In this document: in pieces, positions 42,720-59,614 of the stretch
How positions within the stretch are numbered: position 1 is the first letter of the stretch
Layout of the letters: each line of letters starts with the position of its first letter
Origin: the human T2T-CHM13v2.0 reference genome, Homo sapiens
Strand: one strand, 5' to 3'
DNA: 64,000 nucleotides
Assembly (NCBI RefSeq): GCF_009914755.1
Contig: NC_060925.1
Program-made: the position numbers and the translations under genes
Notes under the pieces: model-generated
Databases searched by the model: none
Seen by the model: the letters and a program-made list of their open reading frames with translations, nothing else
Told to the model about the DNA's origin: nothing

Positions 42720-42935
42720 TCAAAGAAAGGGGTGACGTACGCACCTGGAAAATCGGGTCATTCCCACCCGAATATTGTGCTTTTCAGACCGGCTTAAAAA
42801 ACGGCGCACCACGAGATTATATCCCGCACCTGGCTCGGAGGGTCCTACGCCCACGGAGTCTCGCTGATTGCTAGCACAGCAGTCTGAGATCAAACTGCAA
42901 GGCCGCAGCGAGGCTGGGGGAGGGGGGCCCACCAT
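42720..42935 (-). CDS. L1 ORF0 (antisense 5'UTR ORF), intact 71 codons
   Basis: ATG at 42935: MVGPPPPASLRPCSLISDCCASNQRDSVGVGPSEPGAGYNLVVRRFLSRSEKHNIRVGMTRFSRCVRHPFL, matching primate L1 ORF0. Expression not shown. Confidence 0.7.
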   Translation of the reverse strand: MVGPPPPASLRPCSLISDCCASNQRDSVGVGPSEPGAGYNLVVRRFLSRSEKHNIRVGMTRFSRCVRHPFL

Positions 42936-43390
42936 TGCCCAGGCTTGCTTAGGTAAACAAAGCAGCCAGGAAGCTCGAACTGGGTGGAGCCCACCACAGC
43001 TCAAGGAGTCCTGCCTGCCTCTGTAGGCTCCACCTCTGGGGGCAGGGCACAGACAAACAAAAAGACAGCAGTAACCTCTGCAGACTTAAATGTCCCTGTC
43101 TGACAGCTTTGAAGAGAGAAGTGGTTCTCCCAGCACGCAGCTGGAGATCTGAGAACGGGCAGACTGCCTCCTCAAGTGGGTCCCTGACCCCTGACCCCCG
43201 AGCAGCCTAACTGGGAGGCACCCCCCAGCAGGGGCACACTGACATCTCACACGGCAGGGTATTCCAACAGACCTGCAGCTGAGGGTCCTGTCTGTTAGAA
43301 GGAAAACTAACAAACAGAAAGGACATCCACACCAAAAACCCATCTGTACATCACCATCATCAAAGACCAAAAGTAGATAAAACCACAAAG

Positions 43391-44392
43391 ATGGGGAAAA
43401 AGCAGAACAGAAAAACTGGAAACTCTAAAATGCAGAGCGCCTCTCCTCCTCCAAAGGAACGTAGTTCCTCACCAGCAATGGAACAAAGCTGGATGGAGAA
43501 TGACTTTGATGAGCTGAGAGAAGAAGGCTTCAGATGATCAAATTACTCTGAGCTACAGGAGGACATTCAAACCAAAGGCAAAGAAGTTGAAAACTTTGAA
43601 AAAAATTTAGAAGAATGTATAACTAGAATAACCAATACAGAGAAGTGCTTAAAGGAGCTGATGGAGCTGAAAACCAAGGCTCGAGAACTACATGAAGAAT
43701 GCAGAAGCCTCAGGAGCCGATGCGATCAACTGGAAGAAAGGGTATCAGCAATGGAAGATGAAATGAATGAAATGAAGCGAGAAAAAAGAATAAAAAGAAA
43801 TGAGCAAAGCCTCCAAGAAATATGGGACTATGTGAAAAGACCAAATCTACGTCTGATTGGTATACCTGAAAGTGATGGGGAGAATGGAACCAAGTTGGAA
43901 AACACTCTACAGGATATTATCCAGGAGAACTTCCCCAATCTAGCAAGGCAGGCCAACGTTCAGATTCAGGAAATACAGAGAACTCCACAAAGATACTCCT
44001 CGAGAAGAGCAGCTCCAAGACACATAATTGTCAGATTCACCAAAGTTGAAATGAAGGAAAAAATGTTAAGGGCAGCCAGAGAGAAAGGTCGGGTTACCCT
44101 CAAAGGGAAGCCCATCAGACTAACAGCGGATCTCTCGGCAGAAACCCTACAAGCCAGAAGAGAGTGGGGGCCAATATTCAACATTCTTAAAGAAAAGAAT
44201 TTTCAACCCAAAATTTCATATCCAGCCAAACTAAGCTTCATAAGTAAAGGAGAAATAAAATACTTTACAGACAAGCAAATGCTGAGAGATTTTGTCACCA
44301 CCAGGCCTGCCATAAAAGAGCTCCTGAAGGAAGTGCTAAACATGGAAAGGAACAACCGGTACCAGCCGCTGCAAAATCATGCCAAAATGTAA
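43391..44392 (+). pseudogene. L1 ORF1p, disrupted
   Basis: ATG GGG AAA AAG CAG start; premature TGA ~43535; in-frame 15-bp deletion (MKRE^KRI); remainder open to ...QNHAKM. Confidence 0.93.
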
Positions 44393-44455
44393 AGACCATC
44401 GAGACCAGGAAGAAACTGCATCAACTAACGAGCAAAATCACCAGCTAACATCACA

Positions 44456-48275
<3,820 letters not shown>

Positions 48276-50914
48276 ACAATGAGATCACATGGTCACAGGA
48301 AGGGGAATATCACACTCTGGGAACTGTGGTGGGGTGGGGGGACGGGGGAGGGATAGCATTGGGAGATATACCTAATGGTACATGACGAGTTAGTGGGTGC
48401 AGCACACCAGCATGGCACATGTATACATATGTAACTAACCTGCACAATGTGCACATGTACCCTAAAACTTAAAGTATAATAATAATTAAAAAAATATTAT
48501 TTTAGAATAATATCAGTTAAAGCAAAGCAAAGACAAATGGATTATCATCATATCCATTTGCAGTAATGCAGCGTTCATGAAAATGAATTCAGTGCCATAT
48601 TCCAAATTACAATAACTTTTGATTATTTTTTATGGAGATGTTTGTACTGACCCTTCAGCATGACATTACCGCAATGTGTTTTCCCATGTTCTATCTATAC
48701 CCTATATCTCTGTCCCGCTTTGTGACCAGAAGCATATTTTTGCAAATCTGTCTGGCATTACAACTGTGGTCATTCATGTAAAACAGAAAGCTGGTGGCAT
48801 AGGCCTACACTGAGATGCCATAGCTTTGAGAAAAAGAAAAGAGAACAAAATTAGTGAATTCCACTATTTATCATTTATAAATTCTTATAAATTTTTTAAA
48901 TAATTAAACCTGGAGTCACATTTTAAGAGCTAAAGAAAGCACCACATATAAGAATGCAACATAGAACATGTGAATGTAGTCAAATCACCAAGTACAATAA
49001 TAGTCATCCCCCTTGATTCTCAAATTTAGCTCATTTAGAAATCCCATCTGTCTCATAGTCAACATGATTTCAATGAGGAACATTATTTGAGTTCATAGAA
49101 TGACAATGCTAAGTTCAAAAGTATATTGTGAGACAGAGTTGTGTGTTTCACTCAGCAGAAAAAAACACTAAATTTTTTTTGCTTGGAAAGGTCCTGACCT
49201 GGCATTATTATATAATAGGGGTTTCATTGATGATGGATCTTTAGGTTGAAATGTTTTGCTGAAGTTAAGAGGAGAAGTGTAAAAGAATATGAAATTGTCT
49301 GTTTATTTTTGTGAAGAAAGAACCACAGGATACTTTGGGTTTTCAAGGTCAGGGTGAATGGGAAAATGAGGAGATAAACTTCAGCAAAACCATCACGGAT
49401 GGGCTAAACTGGAAGAGGAGATCCTCTAGTGCCCTTTACAGTCAAGACCATTTGGGATGCTCACATTACCAAAAAATAGAGATCTCCTGAACTGCCTGAG
49501 CAGACATTGAAATTAATATTTATTTGCTGAATATTGTAGTACTAGACATTGTACCAGGTACTATGCATTTACAAAAATATAAGTAAAAGTTTCACCTTCA
49601 AGGAGCTTGCAATTGAGTTAGTGAAATCCTACATAACATGATATGCCAGAATAAATCACCTCTCATGAGCTGAGATTAAGGGGCCTAACATCCTCCCCCT
49701 TACATGTCAGGGACTGTGCTAACCACTTTTCTGTAGATTAATTCCTTTAATTTCCACAATTCTGTGAGAGGGTTACCTAAATTATCTTCATTTTACAGGT
49801 AAGACTTAAAATTGTAGAATTCCTTAAATTTCAAATCTTTTTTTTTTAATACTTTAAGTTCTAGGGTACATGTGCACAATGTGCAAGTTTGTTACATGTA
49901 TATACATGTGCCCTGTTGGCTTGCTGCACCCATTAACTCATCATTTACATTAGGTATTACTACCAATGCTATCCCTCCCCCACCTCCCAACCCCATGACA
50001 GGCCCTGGTGTGTGATGTTCCCCACCCTGTGCCCAAGTGTTCTCATTCCCACCTATGAATGAGAACATGTCATCTTTGGTTTTCTGTCCTTGTGATAGTT
50101 TGCTCAGAATGATGGTCTCCAGCTGCATCCACGTCCCTGCAAAATACATGAACTTGTCGTTTTTTAGGGCTGCATAGTATTCCGCGGTGTATATGTGCCA
50201 CATTTTCTTAATCCAGTCTATCATTGATGGACATTTAGGTTGGTTCCAAGTCTTTGCTATTGTGAGTAGTGCTGCAAAAAACATATGTGTGCATGTGTCT
50301 TTATAGTACCATGATTTATAATCCTTTGGGTATATACCCAGTAAGGGGATGGCTGGGTCAAATGGCATTTCTAGTTCTAGATCCTTGATGAATTTCCACA
50401 CTGTCTTCCACAATGGTTCAATTAGTTTATACTCCCACCAACAGTGTAAAAGTGTTCCTATTTCTCCACATCTTCTCTAGCATCTCTTGTTTCCTGACTT
50501 TTTAATGATCGCCATTCTAACCAGTGTGAGATGGTATCTCATTGTGGTTTTGATTTGCATTTCTCTGATGACCAGTGATGATGAGCATTTTTTCATGTGT
50601 CTGTTGGCTGCATAAATGTCTTCTTTTGAAAAGTGTCTGTTCATATCCTTTGCCCACTTTTTGATTGGATTGTTTGATTTTTTCTTGTAAATTTGTTTAA
50701 GTTCTTTGTAGATTCTGGATATTAGCCCTTTGTCACATGGGAAGATTGCAAAAATGTTCTCCCATTCTGTAGGTTGCCTGTTCACTCTGATGGTAGTTTC
50801 TTTTGCTGTGCAGAAGCTCTTTAGTTTAATTAGATCCCATTTGTCTATGTTGACTTTTGTTGCCATTGCTTTTGGTGTTTTAGTTATGAAGTCCTTACCC
50901 ATGCCTGTGTCTTA

Positions 50915-51124
<210 letters not shown>

Positions 51125-51561
51125 TCAGATGGTTGTAGATGTGTGGTGTTATTTCTGAGGGCTCTGTTCTGTTCCATTGGCCTATATCTCTGTTTTGGTA
51201 CCAGTACCATGCTGTTTTGGTTACTGTAGCCTTGTAGCATAGTTTGAAGTCAGGTAGTGTGATGCCTCCAACTTTGTTTTCTATGCTTAGGATTGTCTTG
51301 GCAATGCAGGCTGTTTTTTGGTTCCATATGAACTTTAAAGTAGTTTTTTCCAATTCTGTGAAGAAAGTCATTGGTAGCTTGATGGGGATGGCATTGAATC
51401 TATAAATTCCCTTGGGCAGTATGTCCATTTTCACAATATTGATTCTTCCTATCCATGAGCATGGAATATTCTTCCATTTGTTTGTGTCCTCTTTTATTTC
51501 GTTGAGCAGTGGTTTGTAGTTCTCCTTCAAGAGGTCCTTCACATCCCTTGTAAGTTGGATT

Positions 51562-51640
51562 CCTAGGTATTTTATTCTCTTTGTAGCAATTGTGAATGGA
51601 GCCCTAGGTATTTTATTCTCTTTGTAGCAATTGTGAATGG
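51562..51640. repeat. Perfect 38-bp tandem duplication within L1 ORF2
   Basis: cctaggtattttattctctttgtagcaattgtgaatgg at 51562-51599 and 51603-51640. Confidence 0.92.
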
Positions 51641-54036
51641 GAGTTCACTCATGATTTGGCTCTTTGTCTGTTACTGGTGTATAAGAATGCTTGTGATTTT
51701 TGCACATTGATTTTATATCCTGAGATTTTGCTGAAGTTGCTTATCAGCTTAAAGAGATTTGGGGCTGGGACAATGGGGTTTTCTAAATATACAATCATGA
51801 CATCTGCAAACAGGACAATTTGGCTTCCTCTTTTCCTAATTGCATACCCTTTATTTCTTTCTCTTGCCTGATTGCCCTGGCCAGAACTTCCAACACTATG
51901 TTGAATAGGAGTGGTGAGAGAGGGCATCCCTGTCTTGTGCCAGTTTTCAAAGGGAATGCTTCCAGTTTTTGCCCATTCAGTATGATATTGGCTGTGGGCT
52001 TATCATAAATAGCTCTTATTATTTTGAGATATGTTCCATCAATACATAGTTTATTGAGAGTTTTTAGCATGAAGGGCTGTTGAATTTTATTGAAGGCCTT
52101 TGCTCCATCTATTGAGATAACCATGTGATTTTTGTCATTGGTTCTGTTTAAGTGATGGATTATATTTATTGATTTACATATATTGAACCAGCCTTGCATC
52201 CCATGGATGAAGCCAACTTGATCTTGGTGGGTAAACTTTTTGATGTGCTGCCAGATTTGGTTTGCCAGTATTATATTGAGGATTTTCACATCAATGTTGA
52301 TCAGAGATATTGGTCTAAAATTCTCTTTTTTTGTTGTGTCTCTGCCAGGCTTTGATATCAGGATGATGCTGGCCTCATAAAATGAGTTAGGAAGGATTCC
52401 CTGTTTTTCTATTAACTGGAATAGTTTCAGAAGGAATGGTACCAGCTCCTCTTTGTACCTCTGGAAGAATTTGGCTGTGAATCCATGTGGTCCTGGACTT
52501 TCTTTTGTTGGTAGGCTATTAATTATTGCCTCAATTTCACAGCCTGTTATTGGTCGATTCAGGGATTCAACTTCTTTCTGGTTTAGTCTTAAGAGGGTGT
52601 ATGTGTCCAGTAATTTATCCATTTCTTCCAGATTTTCTAGTTTATATGGGTAGAGGTGTTTATAGTATTCTCTGATGGTAGTTTGTATTTCTGTGGGATT
52701 GGTGGTGATATCCCCTTTATCATTTTTTATTACATCTATTTGATTCCTCTCTCTTTTCTTCTTTATTAGTCTTGCAGTTGATCAATTTTGTTGATCTTTT
52801 CAAAAAACTAGCTCCTGGATTCATTGATTTTTTGAAGGGTTTCTTTGTGTCTCTATCTCCTTCAGTTCTGCTCTGGTCTTAGCTATTTCCTGCCTTCTGC
52901 TACCTTTTGAATTCGTTTGGTCTTGCTTCTCTAGTTCTTTTAATTGTAATGTTAGGGTGTCAATTTTAGATCTTTCCTGCTTTCTCTTGTGGGCATTTAT
53001 AAATTTATAATTTTCCCTCTACACACTGCTTTAAATGTGTCCCAGACATTCTAGTATGTTGTGTCTTCATTCTTATTGGTTTCAAAGGACATCTTTATTT
53101 CTGTCTTCATTTTGTTATTTACCCAGCAGTCATTCAGGAGCAAGTTATTCAGTTTCCACATTGTTGTGTGGTTTTGAGTGAGTTTCTTAATCCTGAGTTC
53201 TAATTTGATTGCACTGTGGTCTGAGAGACAGTTTGTTGTGATTTCTGTTCTTTTACATTTGCTGAGGAGTGCTTTACTTCCAACTATGTGGTCAATTTTA
53301 GAATAAGTGTGATGTGGTGCTGAGAAGAATGTATATTCTGTTGATTTGGGGTGGAGAGAGAGTTCTGTAGGTGTCTATTAGGTCCACTTGGTACAGAGCT
53401 GAGTTCAAGTCCTGGATATCATTGTTAACCTTCTGTCTCATTGATCCATCTAATATTGACAGTGGGATGTTAAAGTCTCCCATTATTATTGTGTGGGAGT
53501 TTAAGTCTCTTTGTAGGTCTGCTTTATGAATCTGGGTGCTCCTGTATTGGGTGCATATATATTTAGGATATTTAGCTCTTCTTGTTGAATTGATCCCTTT
53601 ACCATTATGTAATGGCCTTCTTTGTCTCTTTTGATCTTTGTTGGTTTAAAGTCTGTTTTATCAGAGACTAGGATTGCAACTCCTGCTTTCTTTTGCTTTC
53701 CATTTGCTTGGTAGATCTTCTTCCATCCCTTTATTTTGAGCCTATGTGTGTCTCTGCATGTGAGATGGGTCTCCTGAATACAGCCCACTGATGAGTCTTG
53801 ACTCTTTATCCAAATTGCCAGTCTATGTCTTTTAATTGGGGTATTTAGCCCATTTACATTTAAGGTTAATATTGTTATGTGTGAATTTGATCCTGTCATT
53901 ATGATGTTAGCTGGTTATTTTGCCCATTAGTTGATGCAGTTTCTTCCTAGCATCGATAGTCTTTACAATCTGACATGTTTTTGCAGCAGCTGGTACTGGT
54001 TGTTCCTTTCCATGTTTAGTGCTTCCTTCAGGAGCT

Positions 54037-54120
54037 GTTTTTTTTTGTTTGTTTGTTTTTTGTTTTTTGTTTTGAGATGGAGTCTTTCTCTGTCACACAG
54101 GCTGGAGTGCAGTGGCACCA
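54037..54120 (-). mobile_element. 5'-truncated Alu inserted in L1 ORF1
   Basis: T-rich tail plus gagatggagtctttctctgtcacacaggctggagtgcagtggcacca; TSD tcaggagct (54028-54036 / 54121-54129). Confidence 0.92.
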
Positions 54121-56859
54121 TCAGGAGCTCTTTTAAGGCAGGCCTGGTGGTGACGAAATCTCTCAGCATTTGCTTGTCTGTAAAGGATTTTATTTCTCCT
54201 TCACTTATGAAGCTTAGTTTGGCTGGATATGAAGTTCTGGGTTGAAAATTCTTTTCTTTAAGAATGTTGAATATTGGCTCCCACTCTCTTCTAGCTTGTA
54301 GAGTTTCTGCTGAGAGATGTGCTGTTAGTCTGATGTACTTCCCTTTGTCAGTAACCCGACCTTTCTCTCTGGTTGCTCTTAACATTTTTTCCTTCATTTC
54401 AACCTTCATGAATCTGACAATTATGTTTCTTGGGGTTGCTCTTCTGGAGGAGTATCTTTGTGGTGTTCTCTGTATTTCCTGAATTTGAATGTTGGTCTGC
54501 CTCACTAGGTTGGGGAAGTTCCCCTGGAAAATATCCTGAAGAGTATTTTCCAGCTTAGTCCTATTCTCCCCGTCACTTTCAGGTACATCAATGAAACGTA
54601 GATTTGGTCTTTTCACATACTCCCGTATTTCTTGGAGGCTTTGTTCATTTCTTTTTAATGTTTTTTCTCTAAACTACTCTTCTTGCTTCATTTCATTCAT
54701 TTGATCTTCAATCACTGATACCCTCTCTTCCACTTGATTGAATCAGCTACTGAAGCTTGTGCATGCATCATATAGTTCTCGTGCCATGATTTTCAGCTCC
54801 ATCAGGTCATTTAAGGTCTTCTCTACACGTTTATTCTAGTTAGCCATTCTTCTAATCTTTTTTTCAAGGTTTTTAGCTTCTCTGCAATGGGTTCGAACAT
54901 CCTCCTTTAGCTCAGAGAACTTTGTTATTACTGACTTTCTGAAGCCTACTTCTGTCAACTCATCATAGTCATTCTCTGTCCAGCTTCGTTCCATTGCTGG
55001 TGAGGAGTTGCGTTCCTTTGGAGGAAAAGAGGCGCTCGGATTTTTAGAATTTTCAGCTTTTCTGCTCTGGTTTCTCCCCATCTTTGTGGTTTTATCTACC
55101 TTTGGTCTTCGATGGTGGTGACATACAGATGGGGTTTTGGTGTGGATGTCCTTTCTGTTTGTTAGTTTTCCTGCTAAGAGTCAGGTCCCTCAGCTGCAGG
55201 TCTGTTGGAGTTTGCTGGAGGTCCACTCCAGACCCTGTTTGCCTGGGTATAACCAGCAGAGGCTGCAGAACAGCAAATATTGCAGAACAGCAAATATCGC
55301 TGCCTGATCCTTCCTCTGGAAGCTTCATCTCAGAGGGGCACCCACCTGTATGAGGTGTCAGTTGGCCCCTACTGGGAGGTGTCTCCAAATTAGGCTACAA
55401 GAGGTCAGGGACCCACTTGAGGAGGCACTCTGTCCATTCTCTGAGCTCAAACACTGTGCTGGGAGAACCACTGCTCCCTTCAGAGCTGTCAGACAGGGAC
55501 TTTTAAGTCTGCAGAAGTTTCTGCTGCCTTTTGTTCAGCTATGCCCTGCCCCCAGAGGTGGAGTCTACAGAGGCAGGTGGGCCTTGTTGAGCTGCAATGG
55601 GCTCCACCCAGTTTGAGCTTCCCTGGGGCCGCTTTGTTTACCTGCTTAAGCCTCAGCAATGGCAGACGCCCCTCCCCCAGCCAGGCTTGCTGCCTCACAG
55701 TTTGATCTCAGACTCGCAGTGAGCAAGGCTCTGTGGACGTGGGACCCTATGAGCCAGGCACGGGATATAATCTCTTGGTGTGCCATTTGCTAAGACTATT
55801 GGAAAAGCACAGTGTTTAGGTGGCAGTGTCCTGATTTTCCTGGTACAGTCTGTCACTGCTTCTCTTGGCTAGGAAAGGGAAATCCCCCAACCCCTTGCAC
55901 TTCCTGAGTGAGGTGATGCCCCGCCCTGCTTCAGCTCACCCTCCATGGGCTGCACCCACTGTCCAACCAGTTCCAATGAGATGAACCAGGTACCTCAGTT
56001 GGAATTGCAGAAATCACCAGTCTTCTGCATCGATCGCACTGGGAGTTGCAGACTAGAGCTGCTCCTATTCAGCCATCTTGGAACGGACTAAATTCCAAAT
56101 CTTAAGCCACACCCTTAGCCAGTCTTGGGCTGGATTTCAGAAGCTCCTAGTGTTGCCTGCATTCTAAATCCCTCTGCTTCCATGAAGTCATATAAACCAC
56201 TCATTAGTCAGATTATAACTTAGAAAAGAGTAGCAAGTAAAAATCTGAAAGAGTTGACATTTGTCCTTAAAACTTGAGTTATTTGAAGAGATTGTTCTAG
56301 GTTCTTCAGATCCAGCAATATCTCTGTTACGAAATGGCAGAACTGTTGTCCTCTAGACTGGTAGCTATTAAATGTGACTGGTTCCTTCTACTATGTAGGC
56401 TTAATGTTCCGGTGTCTCCATTGGAATGTGGCTTTCAGCCATTTATTTGCCTCTGTTCTTGAAGGGACAATTCACAGAAATCTCATCCCAATCCCAAGTC
56501 TCTGGTGAGCCACAGGCCGATTTGGCACTCCTGCACTTCTTCACTGGGGTGTGTTAAGCCCCCTACTTTGGGTCCCTTACTTGTTACCTGCCAGCCATGC
56601 AGAGGCAAGCTGTGGGGAAGATGGAGTTTAAGCTTACCTATCTGGCCACTTCCCACTAATGATGTTGCACCATAGCTTTGAGCCATGCTGGAAAAGAGTG
56701 GTGGTGGTGAAGAGAGTGTGTACTGTGTATGTGTGGCATGTGTGCCCACATGCACTTCTCCAGTCTAAAAGCTTACAGTCTCTCCCTTGCATGCCTAGGA
56801 AATACGCCTTGTTTCATATTTCCTTCGGAAAATAAATCACTAGCTAAGATGGACTGCTC

Positions 56860-57620
56860 CAGTGCCTAGGTTCCTGCCCCAGCAGTATCCAAGCTGTATA
56901 CCCTGGGGTAAGTCACCTCATGTCTCTGTGCTCCAATTTCCTCATCTGTAAAATGGGTACTATAATAATCTTTTCCTCCTCATAGTTACTCTAAGAATTA
57001 AATAAGTTTAAAAAGGTATGGTGCTTGTATTAGGGTTCTCTAAAGGGACAGAACTAAGAGGACTTATGTATATATGAAAGGGAGTTTATTAAGAAGAATT
57101 GACTCACACGATCACAATGTAAGGTCCCACGGTAGGCCATCTACAAGCTAAGGAGCAAGGAAACCAGTGGTGCATCAGTCCGAGTCCCAAATCTCAAAAG
57201 CCAACAGTGCAGCCTTGAATCTGTGACCAAAGGCCCGAGAGTCCCTAGCAAACCACTTGTGTAAGTCCAAGATTTCAAAATCTGAAGAACTTGGAGTCTG
57301 ATATTTGAGTGCAGGAAGCATTCAGCACAGGAGAAGGATGAAGACTGGAAGACTCAGCAGGTCAGCTCTTTCCACCTTCTCCTGCCTGCCTTATTCTAGC
57401 CTTGCTGGCAGCTGTTTAGATGGTGCCCACCCAGACTGAGGGTGGGTCTGCCTCTCTCAGTCCACTGACTCAAATGTTAATCTTTTTTGGCAACATCCTC
57501 ATAGACACACCCAGGACCAATTCTTTGCATACTTCAATCCAATCAAGTTGGCACTCAATATTAACCATCACGATGCTCAGAGCTGTGTCTGGCCCATGGT
57601 AAGCAATATAAGAACTTATT
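56860..57620 (+). mobile_element. MIR interrupted by an MLT2 LTR
   Basis: tctctgtgctccaatttcctcatctgtaaaatggg...gtgct | atgctcagagctgtgtctggcccatggtaagc. Confidence 0.7.
57026..57572 (-). mobile_element. MLT2A2-like solo LTR (HERV-L)
   Basis: tgtattagggttctctaaagggacagaact...caatccaatcaagttggcactcaatattaaccatcac; 5-bp TSD gtgct/atgct. Confidence 0.9.
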
Positions 57621-58071
57621 GTTTTTGTGGTTGTTTCTGTTACTAATTCTGTTTCTCCTTTCCCTATCTTCTTCTAATCATTTTCTACCAGGACCAAATA
57701 GGGCAGGCTTTGGACTCTCTACTTCCTACACATCATACCTCTCTTCTGTCTGAGGCAAAAATCTTTAGTTCTAAGTGAAACAGGATTTGTCTCTCTATAT
57801 CAGGAAGCAGTCTCTACCTTTTGAACATTCCATGCTTGGTCTTTATATCTCTCTTGGCATACCCTGACTCTTGAAACTATAGCCTCCTATAAAGTCCTAT
57901 TTGGGAATCAGAGCTGAATACTAACCATTTTTCTTGGTATTCCTTTTCTAACATCACCATGTCCCCTTTCCAAAGCAGGTAAATATCTTGGCCTGATTAG
58001 ATCAGTCAATAAAAATACTCTGAAGCATAAATCTTATTATTGTATTTCAAATGATCATTTCCAGTGCATTT

Positions 58072-58642
58072 TGAAGGGAAGAAATTATAATGTTTTTCAA
58101 CCCTCAAAAGATCATAGTTGAGACACTCTTCTAACACAAAAGACCAATAAACAAGAGAAAAACAAGCAAGTTTAATAATATGTGTCACACCCATCATGTG
58201 AGAGACAAGTAAGTTTTTCAGGAAAGTAACTCTTCCAAAGCAGTGGGTTAGGAGCCTTCCTTAAATAGTATTTTAACACAGAGCAATGCATTTTCGAGCA
58301 GTAATAAGACAAAGGAGGGAGTAGCTTCAGACTCCCCAAAGCAGGAAGTCTATGGAAGGCAGCAGAGTTTGCTCCCAGATTCCTCTAGCCATGCTGGTGT
58401 CAACTTTGAACAGATAACAGCTGTCTCCAGCAAAGGAGGATTTATATTCTGTCTTTAGGCAAGCAGAAGAAAGACAGAAGCCCCCCTGCATTTTTTTCAC
58501 AGAAATTTTTATGGCCTGCCATAGGTGAGAAAGGACAGCTCAGATAGCCGTTTCTGTAACTGCTGCTTCCCAATTGCCTCTAGATTAAAAATATATCTGT
58601 CACAGAGGCATGCTTGGGGGTGAAATAGCCTGGCTTCCTTCA
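58072..58642 (-). mobile_element. MER34-group ERV1 solo LTR
   Basis: tgaagggaag...aacacaaaagaccaataaacaagagaaaaacaagcaagtttaata...gggggtgaaatagcctggcttccttca. Confidence 0.7.
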
Positions 58643-58674
58643 ACATACAGTATGTTATTTAAGACCCTTTAAGG

Positions 58675-59005
58675 CATTGAGTGCTCTAAATGTTAGGTAC
58701 ATCAGAAACACTAGTGAAATTTTCAAAAAAATGATATCCAATATGCATCCAAATATATTAAATTAGCATCCCCAAGGAAAGGACCTGATCATCAAAGCTT
58801 AAAAAACAATCTTTCTTAGGTAATTCTGATCTACAATTAGGATTAAAAGCCAGTGCTTTTGAATAATAGAAAAGTGCATAAAAATATTTGAGTGAGAAAA
58901 AGTTGAACCTAAATTCTAATTCACATAGTACTTATTAGCTGAATGACCTTGGTGAAATTTAATTTCCATAAGCCTCCTTTTTCATCTACAAAATAGGAGT
59001 AAAAT
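58675..59005. mobile_element. MER5A-like and MIR fragments
   Basis: acatcagaaacactagtgaaattt...ggtaattctgat; then cttattagctgaatgaccttgg...catctacaaaatagg. Confidence 0.5.
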
Positions 59006-59007
59006 TT

Positions 59008-59097
59008 GTGTAGGAGAGAAAATATTTATTTTCCTTTTCCATCACTAGGTTCATGGCTGAGGCACCTATAACAAAAGACAGGTTAACAAGAGAAAAG
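59008..59097 (-). mobile_element. MER34-group LTR fragment hosting an MST insertion
   Basis: tgtaggagagaaaat...ataacaaaagacaggttaacaagagaaaag | continues aaaagcatac at 59949. Confidence 0.6.
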
Positions 59098-59483
59098 TGA
59101 TATGATTTGGATTTGTGTCCCTTCCCAAGTCTCATGTTGAATTATAATCCCCAGTGTTGGAGGTAGGGCCTGGTGAGAGGTGATTGGATCAAGGGTGGTC
59201 CTTCATGAATGGTTTGGCCCAGTCTTGGTGCTGTTCTAATGATAGTGAATGAGCAAGCTATCACAAGATTTGGTTGTTTAAAAGTGTTCAGTACCTGTCC
59301 CCTCACTTTCTCTTCCTCCTACTCCAGCCGTGTAATGTTTCCTCAATCTTCATAGGATCATAGTTGAGACACCCTTCTAACACAAAAGACTGATTAACAA
59401 GAGAAAAACAAGCAAGTTTAATAATATGTGCCACCTCCATCATGTGGGAGACAAGTAAGTCTTTCCAGAAAGTACAAAAAAAA

Positions 59484-59614
59484 TTTTTTTTTTTTAGTAG
59501 AGACGGGTTTCACCATGTTGGCTAGTCTGGTCTCGAACTCCTGACCTCAGGTGATCCACCCATCTAGGCCTCCCAAAGGGCTGGGATTGCAGGTGTGAGC
59601 CATGGCACCTGGCC
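59484..59614 (-). mobile_element. AluS left arm only
   Basis: tttttagtagagacgggtttcacc...catggcacctggcc; right arm absent. Confidence 0.9.

Noticed and set aside
55264-55297. 17-bp duplication (tgcagaacagcaaatat twice) in the L1 5'UTR
   Set aside because: As I recall, this is a feature of older L1PA 5'UTR consensus sequences rather than locus-specific.
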